A DNA stretch of 63,492 nt, filler included, from Octopus bimaculoides (Eukaryota), in assembly GCF_001194135.2 (NCBI RefSeq). It is 6 parts of 6 records of this genome, joined end to end, with 100 filler letters (N's around TTAATTAATTAA, not from the genome) between each part and the next. Parts side by side here need not be neighbours in the genome. Positions count along the whole stretch, not along the records: positions 58,509 to 62,204 come from NC_068988.1; positions 62,305 to 63,492 come from NW_026371036.1; 4 more parts are not named here. The stretch is one strand, 5' to 3'. Shown piece by piece: positions 58,587 through 63,492 of the stretch. Within the stretch, counting starts at the first letter, position 1. Every line of letters starts with the position of its first letter. The position numbers were made by a program, and so were the translations under genes. The notes below the pieces were generated by a model. It was not told the origin of the DNA. It saw only the letters and a list, made by a program, of their open reading frames with translations, and made no database searches.

Positions 58587-61500
58587 TGCCTTTGCACAGC
58601 TTCTAACGCTGAAGATGTACTACAGTGTCAGCTGTTCACCACCAGTGAACTAAGGTAGTACCGCTTATTTTTCGAGCACCTTCCGGAGTATTCGAGCGGT
58701 TCTAAGCAGTACTGTTTTCTGCAAGTACTCCACCCTTATTGCAGCTCCAATTTGTTCCACGTACTTCTCAAGATTTTTGCTCACTGTTCCTAGGGCTCCG
58801 ACGATTATTGGTACTACCGCTACCTTTTTCATCGACCACAACTGCTTAACCTCCAAAGCTGACCTGTCATATCTATCGACATTTCTTTCTTCCTTATCGC
58901 ATACCTTGTTGTCAGCTGGGCATGCTATATCTATGATCCAGCATAGTTTGTTTCCTTTCTCAATTAAGACTATGTCCGGCTTCCTATTTCTATTTTCGAC
59001 AATGCCTTCAGGTTGGTGGTCTACCAATATTTTGCTCTCTCAAGTCCATACTTGTTGCAAAGTGTCCAATGGACAAGCCTAACTATATTGACATGGCATC
59101 TCTTATATTCCTTCTGGGCTAGTGGCGCACATTGGCTGGTAATATGCCATACGGTTTCACCGTTTTGTCCACTGATTCTCCATTTATCACTTTCTGCTGT
59201 GTTGTCTATTCTGTATTTTATGTAGCTTGTTCTTAGTGCTTGCTCTTGGGCAGCACAGATTAGAGCCTCCGTTTCCGGTTTTAAATCACTTTTAATTATC
59301 TTTTTTCTCTGTCTGATTTATCTTCAACATCCCTATGAAATTGACTATGCACTCTTTTCTTTACCCACCTATTTTCAGTTTCATTCGTTTTCAATTTCTT
59401 GTATAGTGCTTTATCTTTGCAATCTTTCATCATACACAAGACTAACCTTCTTTCTTCTAATAATAGCAGTTCTGTGGAATTTTTTACATACGATGCCATA
59501 TTGTTTTCTTCTACTCTAATGCTGTGTTCACATCCAATAAGTCCTCTTCTCCCTCTTTTTCTTGGTACATACAGTCTGTCCGTGTCACTTTTTGGGTGGA
59601 GTGACCCATATCTAATTAGCAACTTCCTTGTCTTTCTGTCTAAATTGTTTAGTTCGTCTACTGTCCATGCGATTATCACTGCTCCATACCTAAGGAGTGA
59701 AACCGCCCAGGTTTTGATAGCTTCGATCTTATTCCGTCCGTTTAATTTCGACTTATGGAACAGTGTCAGTCTGCGCAAGTACTCCAGCTTAAATTTTTCT
59801 GTCATTTCTTTCTCCATCAATTTATCCATTTACAGAATCCCCAAGTACTTATAGCCCGTCTCTTCTATCTGCTTCATCACCTCCCCCGACGGTATCGTTA
59901 GCCCGTCCATACATTTGATTTTGCCTCTCTTCAAGACTTACATACCACACTTTCTCACTCCGAACTCCATTCTGATATCAGCACTGAAGGTATACACCGT
60001 ATCAACGAGGGAACTGACTTGGGATTCATCTTTACCATAAAGTTTGAGGGCATCCATGAATAACAAATGGTTGACTTGTTGTTGGCGTCTTTTGAATACA
60101 TACCCAGCTTTTGCTTTCTTCAGAATCAGTGGTAGTAGTATCAAGCACAGTACAAAGATCAGTGGGGGCAGGCAGTCCCCTTGCAAGATGCCCCTCCTAA
60201 TTTCTACTGTCTCTAAACATCTTCCATATGCTGTCAGGCCGTCCTCCAATTCGCCATACTTTTTTTCAAGCAATCATTCAACATTCGATGCAATACAAAA
60301 TAGGTTCATACATTCCATAATCCAAAAATGTCGATCCATGACATGGTTAAGTTACTTTTCTTCCTCTTGCAATCTCTAAGTATAGTTTTCTCAACCAGGA
60401 GTTGATCCTTGGTACCTCTGCACTTACGCTTGCACACTTTCTGTTCATGTAGCAGGACTCCATTTTTTTTTCAGATGTTCTTACATTGACTCTGCGAGTA
60501 TTCCAGCCAATAACTTCCACATAAGTGGCAAACAGGATATCAGCCTCTATTTGTCTACCGTATTGCCTTTTTCGATGTTTTTCAGGCACATCACTGTCCT
60601 ATCCAATATCAACCACTCTGGTGTTACTTGGTTAGCATTTAACAAGGTGTTGAGTTGCGCAGCTATTCGTGCATGACATTCACCAAATCTTTAGATCCAG
60701 TAACCTTGAACTCAATCTGTTCCCGGGCCTTCAAGTTGCTCACTTTTTTTGCTGATTTCCTTCACTTCCCTAATTAAAATGACTAGTTCTACCTGTTCTG
60801 GACAGACTACTGTTTGTTTCATTTCTTGCAACCATTCAGCATCCTTCTTGTGCTCCTTGTCTTTGCTCCAGATGTCACTCCAAAACCTTTGACTTTCAAT
60901 GTTATCTGGTATCAACATTTCATCTGTACAATCTCCATTTATTTCTTTATAAAATCTCTTCTGATCTATCCTGAATAACCTATTCTGGTAGTAACCTTTC
61001 ATTCTTTGATCGTATCTTACCATCTTTGCTTTCTTTGCAACGAGGCGCTGTTTCAGTTCCTCCGTTACTACTTTCAGGCCCTTTCTTTCAATATTATACT
61101 TCCTTTTCAGCGCTCTATAGTTTTGCTCGCTTTTAAGCTCCCCTTTCTCTTTTCGGTCTAATACAGAGATTTCCTTTGAGAGCATACTAACCTTGCCTGG
61201 ATTCTTCTTTTCCACCATGGATCTTTTCTTTTGTCACTCCCATTATGTTTCTTTTTCTTGACATCAACACCCACGTTTTCTGCTACAACAATACTTGCTG
61301 CCTAGATCAAATTATATGTTTCTGTGATGTTGTTTGTTCTGATGTATTTCAGAATTTCATTGACATTTTTCGTTTCTTGGTTCAATTTCCATCGATCAAC
61401 CTTTTTAAGGTTGCAAATAATATCGCTGTCGTTCTCCTGTAGTTTTACCTTTATTCTGTTGTAAATTGCCTTTTGTTCATCTGTATTGTCACCACTAATT

Positions 61501-62090
61501 TTATTATCTTCTTTTAGATCATCTATAGTTTTCTCATCAAGTAAACTACTACTGCGCCTTTCCTGTGCTATGACATTACTCTTATTAGTAAGAACTGTTT
61601 TTTCATTGTTATCTCTGCTACTATTATTCATGAGCGTACTTTGATGGCTTCAAGCTCTACTTCTGTGAACCAACAATTTTTCCTTATTGTTCTACCTTGA
61701 CCACATCGTCTCTGTTCCGTGAGTTGAAACAATCCCTTTTCTCTCCAATGTTCATATATACGTTGTCGGTAACCTCTAATTTGAGAACCATTTTCATCTA
61801 CTGGGCTGCTCAGGTAGTAACACTCCATGACCACAGCATTAATTTGCTTTCTCCATCTACGCCGTGTGTGGTGGTCCCTTTCTGGGCATCGACAGGCTGG
61901 AGGCAGACCAGAATCTCTGAGCCTACCGGGTGTAACACTGTCACCATCATTGGCTTCGGTTTCATTACCACGGTTATTCACAATATTTTGTTTTTTTCAT
62001 TGTCATTTATATGAGGTAGCGTTTATCAGGTTGCGCAATTACCGGTGTTTTTATTGTGACACCATCACTAGATGTATCATTAATCAGCCC
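58586..62090 (-). mobile_element. Near full-length decayed R4/Dong-clade non-LTR retrotransposon (Myb-like N-terminus, RT, degenerate CCHC, RLE)
   Basis: ORF-track fragments: RRRWRKQINAVVMECYYLS...EQRRCGQGRTIRKN (N-terminal Myb-like), ILQGDCLPP and HLLFMDALKLY (RT), RKPDIVLIEK...IIDIACP...VVPIIVGALG (RLE). Many stops and frameshifts; (TAA)n 3' tail at 58509-58582. Confidence 0.9.

Positions 62091-62142
<52 letters not shown>
62091..62142. repeat. (AAT)n microsatellite at the 5' end of the R4-like element
   Basis: Direct. Confidence 0.95.
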
Positions 62143-62248
62143 GGATAAAATTGTAGGATCTCTAGGAATGATAAAAAAAAAGGTACTGAAACCTATTTGA
62201 AAATNNNNNNNNNNNNNNNNNNNNNNNNNNNNNNNNNNNNNNNNNNNN

Positions 62249-62260
62249 TTAATTAATTAA
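62249..62260. other. Artificial scaffold linker
   Basis: N44-TTAATTAATTAA-N44. Confidence 0.95.
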
Positions 62261-62554
62261 NNNNNNNNNNNNNNNNNNNNNNNNNNNNNNNNNNNNNNNN
62301 NNNNCTATGCCAAATTGTCATCATTCAAACAGCTGAGTCCAATTGCCTTACCCCGTAAAGACAAGGTGCTTTTGGAACCAATTTTATTCCCATACTTTGG
62401 TTGTCCTTGCACAATAGGATGGATTAAAGATATTTGGAATTTGGATGAATGGTCTTAAGGACAGAAGGTCAACATGCAGCAAATATTTTGCAATATCAAT
62501 GTACATTACAGTATTTTAAACTATTTTATGTCTTATAATAATTCATCAAAATAT

Positions 62555-62567
62555 ATTTCATTTTCAG
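62555..62567 (+). other. 3' splice acceptor preceding the large protocadherin coding exon
   Basis: ATTTCATTTTCAG|GTTG, 51 nt before the ATG. Implies an upstream non-coding exon outside this block. Confidence 0.6.
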
Positions 62568-62618
62568 GTTGAATCCTCTACATACATGTGGCATCTTTAA
62601 CAAAAATACAGTAGCAAT

Positions 62619-63492
62619 ATGTTATTATCGTTGTCTATTGTGTTATCAATGGTCCACTGTGTATTGACCATAGACCTTACCTACCATGTGGAAGAAGAGA
62701 GAAGTCCAGGAACATATGTAGCAGACATTGCTGCTGATTCTAAACTTTTAGACAATGTTAAACCATCTGACCAACATTTGATAACATTCAGTCAATTCAA
62801 ACGAAAGGTGGCACAGTTATTTAATATCACCAAAACAGGTAAACTGTATACTGCTCAGATACTGGATGCAGAAGATCTCTGCACATTCAACAAAGAATGT
62901 TCTAGAACTGTGAAAATTATTATAAAGAAGGTGGATAGTTTCACAAAAATATTAAAAGTCAAAATTGTAATAGAAGATATAAATGACCATGAGCCGGAGT
63001 TTCTCATAAAGAATGTGAATATACAGTTTGGTGAAAATGACCGTAAAGGTTCTAAAGTATCACTACCAAATGCCATAGACAAAGATGTTGGATTTCAGAA
63101 TTCATTAATACAATATAAATTAAAATCAAAGAATGGAGAACCATTCTCTCTGTCAGTGTCTAAAAGAGCTGATGGTATTTCTTCTCTTAAAATAGTTTTG
63201 AAAGAATCATTGGACAGAGAAATCAAAGACACATATTTATTACAAGTCATAGCTAAAGATGGAGGTTCACCAGCAAAACAAGGTATTTTGAATATAAATA
63301 TTTCCATAATAGATGTTAATGACAACCCACCAGAGTTTTCTAAACCTCTATACAATATATCCATACAAAGTACACACCACAAATCCAAACCCATCATTGT
63401 TTTGTCTGTAACTGATGCTGATTCAGGTGAAAATGGTAAAATTACTTTCCATTTCAGCCGAAAGACATCAGATCTAGCAAAAAGCTATTTTC
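62619..63492 (+). CDS. Pcdh: Cephalopod-type protocadherin, 5' part (signal peptide, EC1, EC2, start of EC3); open to window end; family-level call only
   Basis: Manual translation: MLLSLSIVLSMVHCVLT-IDLTYHVEEERSPGTYVADIAADS...LDAEDLCTFNKEC...DINDHEPEF (EC1), AIDKDVGFQNS...LDRE...AKDGGSP...DVNDNPPEF (EC2), VTDADSGENG (EC3). No stop in 291 codons. Confidence 0.95.
   Translation, partial: MLLSLSIVLSMVHCVLTIDLTYHVEEERSPGTYVADIAADSKLLDNVKPSDQHLITFSQFKRKVAQLFNITKTGKLYTAQILDAEDLCTFNKECSRTVKIIIKKVDSFTKILKVKIVIEDINDHEPEFLIKNVNIQFGENDRKGSKVSLPNAIDKDVGFQNSLIQYKLKSKNGEPFSLSVSKRADGISSLKIVLKESLDREIKDTYLLQVIAKDGGSPAKQGILNINISIIDVNDNPPEFSKPLYNISIQSTHHKSKPIIVLSVTDADSGENGKITFHFSRKTSDLAKSYF

Noticed and set aside
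61980-62090. HDV-like ribozyme at the 5' end of the R4-like element
   Set aside because: Expected for some RLE clades, but I could not find P1/P2/P3 nested pairing; the copy may be 5'-truncated. An Infernal/RNArobo search would settle it.
62855-63397. Two minus-strand ORFs at the window end
   Set aside because: Antisense to the protocadherin CDS.
4584-63492. Six4/5-protocadherin synteny as an established fact
   Set aside because: Five artificial joins separate the genes; adjacency is not demonstrated by sequence.

Overview
Repeat-dense, gappy animal genomic DNA, almost certainly from an octopus (inferred from the SINE/LINE families, the microsatellite load and a cephalopod-type protocadherin). 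Five identical 100-bp spacers (N44-TTAATTAATTAA-N44) split the window into six separately assembled blocks, so linkage across them is not shown by the sequence. Two host genes are supported. (1) The first coding exon of a Six4/5 homeobox gene (+, about 4584-6717): a very long homopolymer-rich N-terminus interrupted by an N gap, then the Six domain and a K50 homeodomain with the ETVY signature. The ORF-track stop at 6719-6721 lies inside a GTAAGT donor. (2) The start of a protocadherin (+, 62619 to window end; signal peptide, EC1, EC2, part of EC3), which the ORF track missed because it has no stop in the window. The rest is mostly microsatellite and transposon sequence: three tRNA-type SINE families, many RTE-LINE 3' ends with (GAT)n tails, CR1, CRE and R4/Dong LINE remnants (one about 3.5 kb), mariner/maT remnants, hAT-, piggyBac- and Merlin-like MITEs, a solo LTR and Penelope-like fragments. 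The most interesting observations are two minimal hammerhead(-like) ribozyme motifs in Penelope-type DNA (one inside a 69-bp fold-back), a Merlin-like MITE carrying (TTAGGG)3, a double-5'-end mariner fold-back, an in-frame MWHL* uORF or early stop before the protocadherin, and a 66-bp minisatellite derived from the RTE tail. No wholly new system can be established from sequence alone; the hammerhead/fold-back and telomere-repeat MITE are the best leads. Repeat boundaries are by eye and approximate unless a TSD is given.
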